Shown: positions 1 through 11,000 of the stretch, in pieces
How the letters are laid out: every line of letters begins with the position of its first letter
How positions within the stretch are numbered: position 1 is the stretch's first letter
Source of the DNA: an uncultured Candidatus Bathyarchaeia archaeon
GTDB lineage: Archaea; Thermoproteota; CALKCG01; B24; JAWCPE01
DNA length: 64,000 nt
Direction: 5' to 3'
Assembly: GCA_964396445.1 (NCBI GenBank)
Contig: CAYNFI010000005.1
Coordinates: 2,351 to 66,350 of the forward strand
The notes under the pieces: model-generated
Seen by the model: the letters and a program-made list of their open reading frames with translations, nothing else
Told to the model about the DNA's origin: nothing
The model's database searches: none
Position numbers and translations under genes: made by a program

Positions 1-1
1 C

Positions 2-1051
2 TATGAACGGCTCATCGACGGGAGAGTCCATTGCCAACTCTGCGAGAGACGCTGCCTGCTACCTGTGGGAAGCAGGGGCTTCTGCAAGACTAGGCAGAAC
101 ATCGACGGTAAGCTCTACACCCTTGTATACGGTGACATAAACGCTATCTCAGCCAACCCCATTGAGAAGAAGCCTTTCTTCCACTTCCACCCAGGAAGCG
201 TTGCCCTAACCTTCTCCACCTGGTCCTGTAACTTCACATGCCCATAGCTTGGCATAATCTATGCCATGCGGGTAAGGTGTCAAAACTGGCATCTCTCCAA
301 ATCCCAACCTGAACCTGAGAAATCGAGGTACATAGACCCTGTGAGGATGGTTGAGCTAGCGGTCGCGGAGCGCTGTCAAGGGCTATCCGTTTCCTTCACC
401 GAACCCCTCATGCTCTTCGAGTACAGCCTAGACGTTTTCCCCATAGCTCGGAGGAGAGGGCTCTACAACAACTACGTCTCCAACGGTTACATGACATTAG
501 ACACCCTGCTGAGGCTTAGGGAAGCAGGTATGGACGCTATAAAGTTCGATGTGAAGGGCGGCGTGGAGGCTGTGAAAAGGTTCTGCGGCGCCGACGTCAA
601 CGTTGTTTGGAGAAACGCAGCTGAAGCGAAGCGCTTAGGCCTACACGTGGAAATCGTAAACCTCGTCGTTCAAGCCGTGAACGACGACGAAAGCTGCCTC
701 CGAGAGGTCATCGAAAGCCACCTCCACTCAGTAGGACCACATACCCCGCTCCACTTCACCGGCTACTATCCGGCCTACAGGTTTCAAAACCCGTCGACGC
801 CAGTGGAAACCTTGGAGAAAGCCTACGAGATGGCTAAAAGACAAGGCGTACAATACCCATACATCGGAAACGTACCAGGGCACAGATACGAGAACACCTA
901 CTGCCCAAGCTGCGGCGAAACCCTCATCAAAAGACACGGGTTCTCCGTGGTAAACATCTGTTTATCCGAGGATAAACGCTGCATAAAATGCCGAGAGGAA
1001 ATCCCGCTTGTTGGAAACCCTGTGATGAGGAAAAGCTTCTTGAAACTGTAG
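2..1051 (+). pseudogene. radical SAM enzyme, PFL-activase-like / AmmeMemoRadiSam-type; 5'-partial at window edge and interrupted by in-frame TAG (245-247)
   Basis: Frame 2 is open from nt 2: YERLIDGRVHCQLCERRC...PIEKKPFFHFHPGS...WSCNFTCP-TAG-LGIIYAMRVRCQNWHLS. Family hallmarks are present (Cys-rich N-terminus, PIEKKPxxHF, CNFxC..CQNW). Track ORFs 65-247 and 266-1051 are in the same frame. Confidence 0.7.
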
Positions 1052-1235
1052 CCTACCAATTTCAACCTCCACAGCCACGGGCTTTATTAAAGCAGAGTAA
1101 CAGTTTTTCTACGAATTCGATGCCGTACCTTACGCTTTAAAGGGAAAATGCCAGTGTTCATTCTATACATCCTGGTTACCAAGCAAAAGGCTGAAAGCGT
1201 AACCATGCCTAAGCTTACTAACTCACGGTTTCCAT

Positions 1236-2396
1236 TTATGCTCTACGAGGGTACCTACTTTGCACCGCTGCGAGGCGAGCCATTTCCAAGAAGCCCTCAG
1301 CCTTTTTACATACAGATATGTTAGCGGAGGCTGAGAGAACGTAGCCCCCTCCAGGCGCAGCCGTGGAAAAACAGCGGCATACCTCCCCTCTCACATCATC
1401 TAAAGAACCATATTCCAAGGTTACTGGTGAAACGTTCCCTATTAGACAGACCTCGTCGCCTATACGCCTCTTAACCTCGGAAAGGTCCATGCCCGCTTCA
1501 ACGTCTATACCTTGATACGCGTCTATCCCAGCGTCAACTAAGTCCTCTAAGACAGCGTCAACGTTTCCGTCGGAGTGAAGGAGGGAAAATCCGCCCCTAC
1601 GCTTAAAGGCATCGCACTGCTTCCTTAAAACAGGCTTGATAAACCTACGGAAGTTCACAGGGGGCATCCAAAGACCTTTAGAGTAACCGTAATCTACGCA
1701 CATAAGTACACCGTCAGCTCCCTCATCTAGCGCCGCTTTCCCAGCTTCAACGGCTCTATCAGACATAGCGGCTAGAAGCCTATCCACAAGCCCTGGATTA
1801 GTGTACATGTTCTTTAAAACCTCCAAGAGGAGGGGTTGGTCTGAAACCACGGGTCCCCACGAACCATCCGCACTATAGTATATGAAAACCCTACCTCTGA
1901 ACATCTTAACCAAACGTCTTAGAAGGGTAAAGCTCTCCTCATCACGCGGTCTTGAATTCCTTAAGCCTTCCCAATGCCTCGCAACATCCTCCAAGTCAAC
2001 TCTTCGGCTTCTAAGCCCCTCGTTCCACAGGGTTTCTCCAAGCCAAGCATGGGCTGCGCCGTCGATCAACCACCTCCTCTCACCAAGCTTTTTCACACAC
2101 GTCCTTTCAGGGTTTACAGACCCAGGGCATCCCACTAAATCCAGCCTAAGCTTCTTCACATACGCAACTGTATCCTCTACAACCCTATCCTCCACCTCCG
2201 ATGGTTGAAACGTGCCCGCAGCCGCCAGATCCAGCTGTAACGGCGTGTTATTAACTAAAGGCGTGTAACCTAGTACACGACTGCCCACACTAGGTGAGAC
2301 ATGCATCTCGAAGAAAGGAACCCTGTCAGGCTCCTCCCGATGCAGAGCTGCACAGGCTCTCCGATAACCACTCAACCCACTACCACCCGAGAGCAT
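1236..2396 (-). CDS. uroporphyrinogen decarboxylase (URO-D)/MtaA-family protein, long-form paralogue
   Basis: 386-aa ORF. The C-terminal half has URO-D/MT2-like signature (LLHSDGNVDAVLEDLVDAGIDAYQGID, GGGYVLSASANI). HSDG stands where MT2 enzymes have H-x-C. Confidence 0.7.
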   Translation of the reverse strand: MLSGGSGLSGYRRACAALHREEPDRVPFFEMHVSPSVGSRVLGYTPLVNNTPLQLDLAAAGTFQPSEVEDRVVEDTVAYVKKLRLDLVGCPGSVNPERTCVKKLGERRWLIDGAAHAWLGETLWNEGLRSRRVDLEDVARHWEGLRNSRPRDEESFTLLRRLVKMFRGRVFIYYSADGSWGPVVSDQPLLLEVLKNMYTNPGLVDRLLAAMSDRAVEAGKAALDEGADGVLMCVDYGYSKGLWMPPVNFRRFIKPVLRKQCDAFKRRGGFSLLHSDGNVDAVLEDLVDAGIDAYQGIDVEAGMDLSEVKRRIGDEVCLIGNVSPVTLEYGSLDDVRGEVCRCFSTAAPGGGYVLSASANISVCKKAEGFLEMARLAAVQSRYPRRA

Positions 2397-2546
2397 TGAA
2401 CCCTCGTATTATCAACTGGAAGGCATAATCAATCAAGCGTTAAAAAATATTTCCACACGGCTAAGCATTTGACCACTGTCTTTAAACCTGAGCGAACTGA
2501 AAGCTTCCCCCCCGCGATCTAGAGAATAGACTGGATGCAAATCGAG

Positions 2547-3902
2547 TTAATGATGTGTTTTAGGATGGAGCGTAAGCCAGCTTGGGATCCTCGGATGTCT
2601 TAGTAAGCGAGCGGGTGTGCGCACTCCATGCCTCCTAGTTTCAGGGATGGCTAAGAGGAAATAGGGGAGTACGAGGAAGCACTGTAACGCCGCTTGAACC
2701 GTGAAAAGAGCCTTAGCGCCTAGAGAAGCGTAGAGAAGCCCTCCAACAGGAGTCCCAGCCGCTATACAGAGGAGCATAAGTGCCTCGTTTATCCCTAAGT
2801 ACCGCGACCTAAGGTCTGACGGTACATACTCTAGGACAAGAGCTGAGCTGGCTGCACTCCCGATGGCTGTGAGCGCGGCTAGGATGTAGTAGGTGAAAAA
2901 GGTGGTGGTAGTGTCTGCGAAGGCTAAGGCTACCAAGGCTGAGGCGGAGAGCACATAGCCTACCGCTATTGGAGCCTTCCGCCCAGTCCTGTCAGACCAC
3001 CAAGCACCGAGGTTAAGTGCTAGGTAAGTGATTCCAGTTGAGACGGCTGCCATAAGCCCTACGAAGGTTGGGTGCACCCCAACTTCGGAGAAGATGTAGA
3101 TGGTGACGAAAGGGGCTGAAAGACCAGCGGAAAGGGAAGAAATAATTGTAAAGGCTAAGTAGCGTCGTACCTTACCCTCTGTGAAAAGCCCGTTGATGCT
3201 TCTAAGGGCTTCGCGGACGCTCTCTTTCTCCTCGTAGCGCTCATCGTCTTGAAGCCACCTCCAGAAATATACCATTGTCAGGACGTGGAAGACGACGTAA
3301 AACCCGTAGAAAATCCTCAGGGAATCAGGGTTTCTTATGCCTCCTAAGTACTCGACGATGAATGCCCCTATTGGAGGCATGGTGAGGGCGAGGATTCCTG
3401 AAAGGGTTGAGTCGAGGGAGACGGCTTCAGCCCTCGTTTCCTCATCAAGTGAGTCGGCGTAAAGGGCGCCTAGAGCGGGGTCGCCGGCGTAAGCCACCGA
3501 GTAGACTAGGTAAGCCGGTATAAGGTAAAGCCAGCTCGTGGCCGTCGCTGTGAGAACGTAGAAGGCGATGTAAAACGGCCATATGTAGAGTACAAGCCTC
3601 TTCCTCCCATACTTCTGGGCTAGAGCTCCACCGATGAGGGCTGGAACGCAGGCGCTTAGGGCATTTACACTCGTTAAGTAACCAACCTCGGCTACGGATG
3701 CGCCTAGGTCGTAGGGATACATACCCAAGTAGCTTCCAGCCAGCCCACCGATAAGGCCTCCGGCTACATGCCAGCGTAGCATCACGTGGAAGTTCCGCGA
3801 CTGTCTTCCAACGATGTCCAGAAGGGCCCGTAGACCACCCCTCCGGTCCTTGGATTGAACAGCCGTGCCCTCAGCTGGCATTGAAATCCCCTCCGAAAAC
3901 AA
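2547..3902 (-). CDS. MFS transporter
   Basis: 451-aa ORF with about 12 hydrophobic helices. Basic loops typical of MFS: AQKYGRKRLVL and WSDRTGRKAP. Confidence 0.7.
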   Translation of the reverse strand: MFSEGISMPAEGTAVQSKDRRGGLRALLDIVGRQSRNFHVMLRWHVAGGLIGGLAGSYLGMYPYDLGASVAEVGYLTSVNALSACVPALIGGALAQKYGRKRLVLYIWPFYIAFYVLTATATSWLYLIPAYLVYSVAYAGDPALGALYADSLDEETRAEAVSLDSTLSGILALTMPPIGAFIVEYLGGIRNPDSLRIFYGFYVVFHVLTMVYFWRWLQDDERYEEKESVREALRSINGLFTEGKVRRYLAFTIISSLSAGLSAPFVTIYIFSEVGVHPTFVGLMAAVSTGITYLALNLGAWWSDRTGRKAPIAVGYVLSASALVALAFADTTTTFFTYYILAALTAIGSAASSALVLEYVPSDLRSRYLGINEALMLLCIAAGTPVGGLLYASLGAKALFTVQAALQCFLVLPYFLLAIPETRRHGVRTPARLLRHPRIPSWLTLHPKTHH

Positions 3903-4236
3903 GGCATGTCCTTTTTAAAGCATTCGATGGAATCCGATGGAGTTGCCGTTCCAAGAGCGGGTGCGTCCTCAGCAAACCTTGTAGTAAGCCATGCTCATCG
4001 GTTTGGATGAGAACCCCGCTCTCCTTACCGCGTGAGAAACATGATCGATCTCCGGGTATCCAACAGCTTAAACGTAAAAGTGTTTTTCATAAGGATTTCC
4101 CGTAAAGTCTAAGAACGTACCATTAACTTGGTTTAACTGAGCTAGCATCCAACTCGTTGGGAACTCAATTAAACCTTGTCTATTACTACACTTCTCTCAA
4201 GTGCTTCCAGGTACTGTCTATTGGCTCAACGTGTTC

Positions 4237-5010
4237 TTAGAGGGAAGTCCAAGGCTTTTTACATTCAAAGAACACCACTTTGGTACCGGGATACTGGTGT
4301 TTCAAGTCCTCAGAGAACCTTCTAAGCCCTATGTTCTCGCTTACGCTGTGTCCCACCTCGATCACGTCTACACCCGCATCTAACACGTAGAACTCAGAGT
4401 ACTCATCTGTTTCACCAGCGATCAACGCGTCTGGGTTATGGCTGAGAAGGGTCTCTATGAAACCCACGTTGAGGGTTAAGGCCATTCCACCCCATGGCAG
4501 CCCAACCCTTTTCACCGCGTGGTCTGGTTTACCTACGAATCTCACAGCTTCTAAACCAAGCCGCATCTTAACCTCTAAAGCCAATTCCCCCGCCGTCGTT
4601 CCAGGTAGGTCATAGACCCTAACGTATTCCTGATTCACGGATGGCTCGGGTAAACCTAAGGCTTCAGCGAACATGTCTAGAACACATAGCCTGTCAAGGG
4701 CTCCATGAGCTCTAAAAACCGTTATGTCATGTTCGGAAAGCATTTTCACCCTCTTACAGTTGACGCTCCATGTGAAACACGTCTCAAAATGGGCGTCCCT
4801 CTGGAAGTCAAAGGGATAGAAGAGGTCTTCATGGACAATCATGAAGTTACATCCTTCCTCAGCAGCCTTCTCGATGGCTTCAGCCGTAGCCATCCATGAA
4901 ACCATAATCCCGTTAACCTCCACATCAGGGTTTCCAAAACGGAAACCTTCCTCAGGGTTGAAATATTTAGCGGATTGCTTCAGGAAATCCCTGAACTCTA
5001 CAGCCCTCAT
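4237..5010 (-). CDS. NIF3 (DUF34) family dinuclear-metal-centre protein
   Basis: 257-aa ORF with NIF3-like N-terminus (NGIMVSWMATAEAIEKAAEEGCNFMIVHEDLFYP) and C-terminal GHSVSE motif. Confidence 0.7.
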   Translation of the reverse strand: MRAVEFRDFLKQSAKYFNPEEGFRFGNPDVEVNGIMVSWMATAEAIEKAAEEGCNFMIVHEDLFYPFDFQRDAHFETCFTWSVNCKRVKMLSEHDITVFRAHGALDRLCVLDMFAEALGLPEPSVNQEYVRVYDLPGTTAGELALEVKMRLGLEAVRFVGKPDHAVKRVGLPWGGMALTLNVGFIETLLSHNPDALIAGETDEYSEFYVLDAGVDVIEVGHSVSENIGLRRFSEDLKHQYPGTKVVFFECKKPWTSL

Positions 5011-5138
5011 GGTGTAGGCTATAAACCTGTGCTGGAAATAAACTTTTTCAACCCTTACAAATGTTGGACTGAGCTAACCCATCTATTAAAGATTAGGCGT
5101 TGCTCAACCTATAATACGCCTTAATTATCCCTGCTAGG

Positions 5139-6011
5139 CTAGCTAATGGAGCCTATGATGAAGGCGATTAAGCTCAGCAACATCCAGAAGAGTACCTGTT
5201 TTTTCACCTTAAGGGAGTTTTCCCTTGTAGGCTTACGGATTAAGGAAAGCGATGAAGCTATGAAGCCTGCATCCGCTAAGGCTACGACTAGGAGGTAAAA
5301 CGGTGAAGCAAATCGGAGAAACCATGGGAGAAGGCTTAATACAACAGCTGCGGAGTAGAAGCCCGTTGAAACCGCCGCCGCTGTTTTCTCCCCATAGACA
5401 ACAGCAACCGTTCTAACACCATAACCGCGGTCTCCTAGGACATCGGCTATACCCTTCGTAACCTCCCTACCCATGTTGGAGAGAAACGCCATAGCCGCGT
5501 AGAGGATGACGTTCAGCTCCTGGACTTGCCCCAGTAAGACTGCGCCGTAGAAGAACGGTGTGGAAACACAGCCGCTGACGAGGATGTTACCGAAGAAACC
5601 AGTGTGTTTTCCAAAAACCGTGTACGCGGTGAAGAGTACCCATGCGAACAAAGCTGTGAGAAGGCTTAACATGCCTGTGAAGAAGGCTGCGATGAACCCC
5701 GCTAGGCTAAGGGTGAAGCTCAGAGCCAAAGCTCCGCTTGGGCTTACCACGCCGCTTGGGATAGGTCTCTTAGGCGCGTTAACAGCGTCTATTTCCCTGT
5801 CGACATAGTCGTTGAGGACCATAGAAGCCGCTGTCAAGGCGAAGCCCGTGACAAAACCTAAAGACAATGTGATTGCGGCGGTGTCTATGAGGGCTCCACG
5901 GCTTGCTATAAGCGCTCCTACGAGCACGGCGACGCCCATCATTAAACAATTTACAGGTCTCATCAGCCGTAGGGCGCCGAGCATACCAGAGGTCTCCGAC
6001 CGCAAACCCAT
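5139..6011 (-). CDS. UbiA-family prenyltransferase, probable digeranylgeranylglyceryl phosphate (DGGGP) synthase
   Basis: 290-aa polytopic ORF. First Asp-rich motif NDYVDREIDAVNAPKRPIPSG matches archaeal DGGGP synthases. Confidence 0.75.
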   Translation of the reverse strand: MGLRSETSGMLGALRLMRPVNCLMMGVAVLVGALIASRGALIDTAAITLSLGFVTGFALTAASMVLNDYVDREIDAVNAPKRPIPSGVVSPSGALALSFTLSLAGFIAAFFTGMLSLLTALFAWVLFTAYTVFGKHTGFFGNILVSGCVSTPFFYGAVLLGQVQELNVILYAAMAFLSNMGREVTKGIADVLGDRGYGVRTVAVVYGEKTAAAVSTGFYSAAVVLSLLPWFLRFASPFYLLVVALADAGFIASSLSLIRKPTRENSLKVKKQVLFWMLLSLIAFIIGSIS

Positions 6012-6149
6012 TACCTGAACACTTTTAAAAATTTATGAAACGGATGTATTTAGGAGTTTAGTATGGTTCCGACCCGGCTGCAGCGGGTAAACCTTTATTA
6101 AACCTCGTGTGGAAAAAGGATGAAACGGCTTTAGGTTAGGTGTCTTCCC

Positions 6150-7148
6150 ATGCAACTTCTACCTGAGGTTAAGACTGCTATGAATGGTATTAAGAGTATG
6201 GAGATCCGGGGTGCTAGATTGATCGCTAAGACAGCCGTTGAATGCCTAAGGCTGACAGCTGAGAGGAGTGAAGTGAAAGACATCGAGGCGTTCGTGGGTG
6301 AAATGGACTTTGTCTCAAAGAGTCTCCTATCGACAAGACCCACAGCCGTCTCCCTGCCTAACGGAATCCGATACGTGATGTACAGGATTCTCCAAGCCCA
6401 GAAACAGGGATTAAACCTTGAAGAAGTAAAGGGAATCACTGAAAAAGCGTGCAAGGATTTTCTTGAAAACGTTGAGCAGGCATCTATGAGGATCGCTGAA
6501 ATCGGGGCTAGAAGAGTAAGTGACGGGGACATCATACTGACTCATTGTCACAGCACCGCTGTGATGGAGATCCTGAAGAAGGCTGAGGAACAGGGAAAAC
6601 GCATCCAAGTCTACGTTACAGAGACACGCCCCCTCATGCAGGGCAGGATCGTGGCTGAGATCCTGCAGGATGCAGGTATCCCCGTGACGTTTATCGTCGA
6701 TGGAGCAGCGAGGCACTTCATGAAGAAAGTTGACAAAGTCATCGTAGGAGCTGACGCTGTGGCAGCTAACGGCGCCGTCGTGAATAAAATAGGGACTTCA
6801 ATGGTAGCCCTGGCGGCGCATGAAGCCAGAACCCTCTTCTTCGTAGCCGCCGAAACATACAAGTTCAGCCCGGAAACCATCATAGGGGAACTTGTGAAGA
6901 TCGAGGAGAGGCCTCTGGAGGAGGTTATACCCCTAGAAATCGTTTCAAAGTGGAAGAACGTTGAGGTTAGAAACCCATCCTTCGACGTTACCCCGCCGGA
7001 CTACATCGACCTCATCATCACGGAGAGAGGAATAATCCCGCCTCAAGCCGCTTTAACCATCCTACAACAGGAGTTTGGACCTGCACCCTACGAGGAACAG
7101 GCACGATACAGCACATACTTTGGAGAAACCGTTTACGAGCCTAAGTAA
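6150..7148 (+). CDS. eIF-2B alpha/beta/delta family protein, probable ribose-1,5-bisphosphate isomerase
   Basis: 332-aa ORF. Motifs SMEIRGARLIAKTA, TRPTAVSL, VTETRPLMQGR, VGADAVAANGAVVNKIGT and NPSFDVTPP are typical of this family. Confidence 0.75.
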   Translation: MQLLPEVKTAMNGIKSMEIRGARLIAKTAVECLRLTAERSEVKDIEAFVGEMDFVSKSLLSTRPTAVSLPNGIRYVMYRILQAQKQGLNLEEVKGITEKACKDFLENVEQASMRIAEIGARRVSDGDIILTHCHSTAVMEILKKAEEQGKRIQVYVTETRPLMQGRIVAEILQDAGIPVTFIVDGAARHFMKKVDKVIVGADAVAANGAVVNKIGTSMVALAAHEARTLFFVAAETYKFSPETIIGELVKIEERPLEEVIPLEIVSKWKNVEVRNPSFDVTPPDYIDLIITERGIIPPQAALTILQQEFGPAPYEEQARYSTYFGETVYEPK

Positions 7149-7249
7149 GGCGCGGAGCCTTGGAAAATCAAGCCCATCTAAGCGTGAACTCCATACCGTG
7201 CTCCTAGAGCTTAAAAGCCTAGGGTACATATGAACAACGCCGTTTTTGG

Positions 7250-7963
7250 ATGCGACTGCCCATGAATGGTAAAAGATTGGTGGCGTTGGAGAAAGTATCG
7301 AAGGTTTATACGATCGCTGGGGGAAAGGAGTTTTGGGCGTTAAGAGACGTCAGTTTAGAAGTCTACGACCGTGAGTTACTGGCGATCATGGGTCCCTCAG
7401 GTCACGGTAAAACAACTCTGATGAATATGATGGGTTTACTCGATAAGCCTACAAGTGGCAGGGTGATCGTTGACGATGTGGATACAGCTAGGCTTGACGA
7501 CGCGGAGCTTTCGAGGCTTAGGAACGAGAAGCTCGGTTTCGTCTTTCAACAGTACAACCTAATCAACAGGATGAGTGTGCTTGAAAACATAGAGATCCCC
7601 CTAGTACTCCGTGGAATACCTCGGGATCAAAGGTTTGGAATGGCTCAGAAGGCGCTTGAGTTAGCCGCGGGCGATAAGTCGTGGCTGAATAAGAGACCCA
7701 GCCAGCTTTCCGGAGGTGAGCAGCAGAGGGTTGCCATAACCAGGGCGATCGTTGGAGACCCCCAGATCATCTTAGCTGATGAGCCCACGGGCAACCTCGA
7801 CAGCGCTTCAGCGAAATCAATAATCCATACTTTTCTAGGATTAAACGCTGCGGGGAAGACCATAATCATGGTTACTCACAACCCGGAGGTCGCGTCGGCT
7901 TCAAGAAGGATACTGTATATTAAAGATGGAAGGATTACAGGTGAGGAAACACAGGGTCGGTAA
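7250..7963 (+). CDS. ABC transporter ATP-binding protein (MacB/LolD-type)
   Basis: Walker [11 protein letters not shown]-loop FVFQQYNL, signature LSGGEQQRV, Walker [12 protein letters not shown] and H-loop VTHN. Confidence 0.9.
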   Translation: MRLPMNGKRLVALEKVSKVYTIAGGKEFWALRDVSLEVYDRELLAIMGPSGHGKTTLMNMMGLLDKPTSGRVIVDDVDTARLDDAELSRLRNEKLGFVFQQYNLINRMSVLENIEIPLVLRGIPRDQRFGMAQKALELAAGDKSWLNKRPSQLSGGEQQRVAITRAIVGDPQIILADEPTGNLDSASAKSIIHTFLGLNAAGKTIIMVTHNPEVASASRRILYIKDGRITGEETQGR

Positions 7964-8024
7964 GTGAAAAAAGGTTTATAGGTATAAATCTTGGGATGTA
8001 TGGAAAAGGAGAAAGCGTTGAGAT

Positions 8025-11000
8025 ATGAAATCAAGAACTGAGAAACGTGTTCTATGCTTATTATTCCTTATATTGATCCAGATCTCAGCTCTCGCTTCTG
8101 GTCCCATCGCTCAGGCACAGGGAAACTTCACCTTCATAAACTCTTACTGGGGCTCCTCGACGAACCCGCAGAAAGCGTATCCAGGTAGCTCAGACGCTAG
8201 GCTTATCGTCTCCATCAGAAACGACCTTGGAAACGACCTTCTAAGCGTTTCTGCCACGATCTACCTACCCGCCGGAGTTTCGAGCTACGATGGGAAAAGC
8301 TACGCTAACGCCACGGGTTACACGCAGCACAATGATACGGTAAGCTACTATGTGAAGGCTGGGGAAACGTTTCAACTGGATTTCTGGCTTAATGTGCAGA
8401 ACACCACGCTTCCAGGCGAATACAGCTGCAACACCCTCGTATCATACAACTCCCTCGGAGGGGAAGGTGGCGAAAGCCTCACCATATCCTTTACCATAAG
8501 CGATTTCCCAGACTACAGTTTCCAAACAGTGGATGTTTACTGGACCACCAGCGGAGGCGCCGCTGTAAGCGCGTCCTCAGGGTCCCGTAACTTAAACCTA
8601 AACATCGTTCAGAGAAATCTAGGAGAAGACGCCGTTGACGGGATTGACGCGAGGATAGACCTCGGAAACCCGTTCACTCCTTCAAAGGTTTTAAGCGGCG
8701 TGAACAACGTTGGCAAAGGAGATACCTTCACACTGGTATTCACCGGGATTTCCATACCGGTAACAACGGGTTCAGGTAGCTACAGCACCTCGCTGCAACT
8801 CAACTGCACGTTTAACGGGTACGGAAACGCCGTTGATGTGTCAACGTACACTATACCGGTAACGGTCAGCGTTTCCGGAATGCCCTCCCCGGGTTTAAAG
8901 CTTGTCAGCGTTTCCTGGCAGGACTTCGATAAAACCTACCCGGGGGCTAGAAAAGTATGGTTAACCGTGGAGGTTCAAAACCTCGGTGACTACGTTGTAA
9001 GCGACATTTTATCAGTTCTACGTTTACCAAACGGGTTCACAGACCCTTACGGGAACCCTGTTGTTAACGCTACATCTGGTGCAAGCATAAATTACGGGGC
9101 GTTCGCCACGTTAACGATTGGACCTATCTACATCAGCTCCAGCGTTAACCCAGGCATTTACTACTCAGAAGCCACAATCTACTCTGTTGGTTTAAGGGAT
9201 AGCACGCAACTCATGTTAAGCCAGAGTTTAACGTTGCCCCTTATCGTAAGTGGGGCCTCATTGTACATAGACTTAGGAAGCGTAGCGTGGACCTTTAACG
9301 GGCAGCCCGCCGTAGCGATCCCCGGTGCGACAAACCTAGCGTTATCGATTACGCTCATCAACAGGGGTGAGGACACGCTTTCAGGCTTAGCAGCTTCCAT
9401 TCAACTCCCCCAAGGCTTCAAGCTTATCGGTGCAAGCTACGGTACTGGACCGATCGCTCCCGCCGCATCGCTTACCGTAACGTTCTATTTGAACATAAGC
9501 CAGAATGTTACAACCGGGCAATACGCTTCGCCTTTAACCTTAACGTTCAACGCCAACCCCTCATCCGGTAACAACGTCGTCTCAACATCCATTCAAACCC
9601 CGTTCACGGTTGAAGACCCGAATAGATTCGACTCACCGGTTAGGTTAGTAAACGCGTACTGGGGTAGACCTGGAAACCCCACACCAATATACCCCGGTTC
9701 AAGGTTTTCACCCCTCACCTTGGAGTTTGTGAATAACGGGATCTACGGTGTGCAAGGCGCCTACATACGAGTTACCTTCGGGAATGGCTTCGAGGGTGTA
9801 GTTAATCAAACGCAGTTAGCGGCTACACTGGCCTCAGGAAGCTTCTCTTCCACCACATTATACGCAAACGTGAAACCCTCCACAACCCCGGGTAACTATA
9901 GTTTCTCAGTAACTCAGAGCTACTTCATCGAAGTCTACGGCGCGTTTCTCTACAGGGAACACAGTCTCACAGTTCAGCTTCAGGTGTTTAAACCCCCTGT
10001 TCAAGCACCCTACGTCAAGGTGGTGAGCAGTGGTTGGGAGAATGGTTCACCAGCCTATCCCGGCTGTAAAGACGCAGTCTTCACCCTAATCATCGCGAAT
10101 GAAGCCCCATACTCGATCGCAGGCGTCTCCACGAGACTCCTGCTTCCTGAAGGCTTCTCCGAGGGAGGCTTAAATGGGCTTATGACTTATGTTCCCGGGC
10201 CCATAGCTTCATGGCAGACAGCAACGCTTTCATTCAGAGCTAACATAGGCTCCGAGGTTGCTCCGCGAAATTACACGGGGAGACTCGCGGTGGAATACAC
10301 GCTTCTCAGTGGGGGAGACAATCTGAGGGTATCAGAGGAGAACGAGGTCACTGTCAATGTAAACAGCCTAGGCGGGTTTGAGCCTGTATACTCTAACTGG
10401 CTGAGTTACAGCCCCGGCCCAGGAAATGCTGGAGCAACGCTGCTTATCATCGTTAGAAACAATGAGGTTCCTCAAATGCGGGGAGTATACGCGACCGTAC
10501 GTTTACCTCAGGGCTTCACCGCAACCCTTACAGGCATGGAGACAGTTAATGTTACACCAGTAACCTTCACGTCTACGACGCAGGTTCAAGACATCATCAG
10601 CATGCTTACGGGGCAAGGCTTACCTACAGGTCAGGCGGCGCCGGTGACGCAGACGCAGGTGGGGAAAGGGGATATACTCGCGTTGTCGATTCAGGTGAAC
10701 ATCGGCAACGAGACGACAGTAGGATACTACAACCTGGATCTAGAGTTTAGTTTCATAGATCAGTGGGGTTCCATACAGAGAGCTGGCTTGAAGGCGTTTT
10801 ACTGGCTTCCAGGCTCAACACTGTCAGTTGAGGTCACAGAGGGGAAGTCTAGGCTTTTAATCGGGTCGAGGACGTCTATCATAGAACTCTTCATAAAGAA
10901 TGTTGGAACCGCTTCTATCAGAGATGTGTACGTCGCTATCGTAGGCGCACCGCAGGGGGTATCCGTATCCTCCTCATTCAAATACCTGCCTGACATCGGG

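Noticed and set aside
245-247. TAG in the radical SAM gene decoded as pyrrolysine, prompted by the MttB-family gene in the same window
   Set aside because: No pylT/pylS/pylBCD is visible. The MttB homologue itself has no in-frame TAG. The same radical SAM gene terminates at a TAG (1049-1051). Even if read through, the 10 extra residues would still disrupt the CX3CX2C spacing.
239-280. T4 gene-60-style translational bypass (stop codon next to a hairpin), or a canonical bulge-helix-bulge mini-intron
   Set aside because: I found no matching take-off/landing codon pair that resumes in the correct frame. CCA at 264-266 and TGC at 267-269 both lead to an immediate TAA. None of the hairpins I could draw gives two 3-nt bulges around a 4-bp helix at frame-restoring cut sites.
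728-937. 69-aa ORF antisense within the radical SAM gene
   Set aside because: It is a shadow ORF opposite a conserved coding region.
3881-4105. 74-aa ORF in the NIF3-MFS spacer
   Set aside because: It overlaps the MFS gene start, has Cys/Ser/Lys-rich composition unlike a real protein, and the region is better explained as a structured non-coding spacer.
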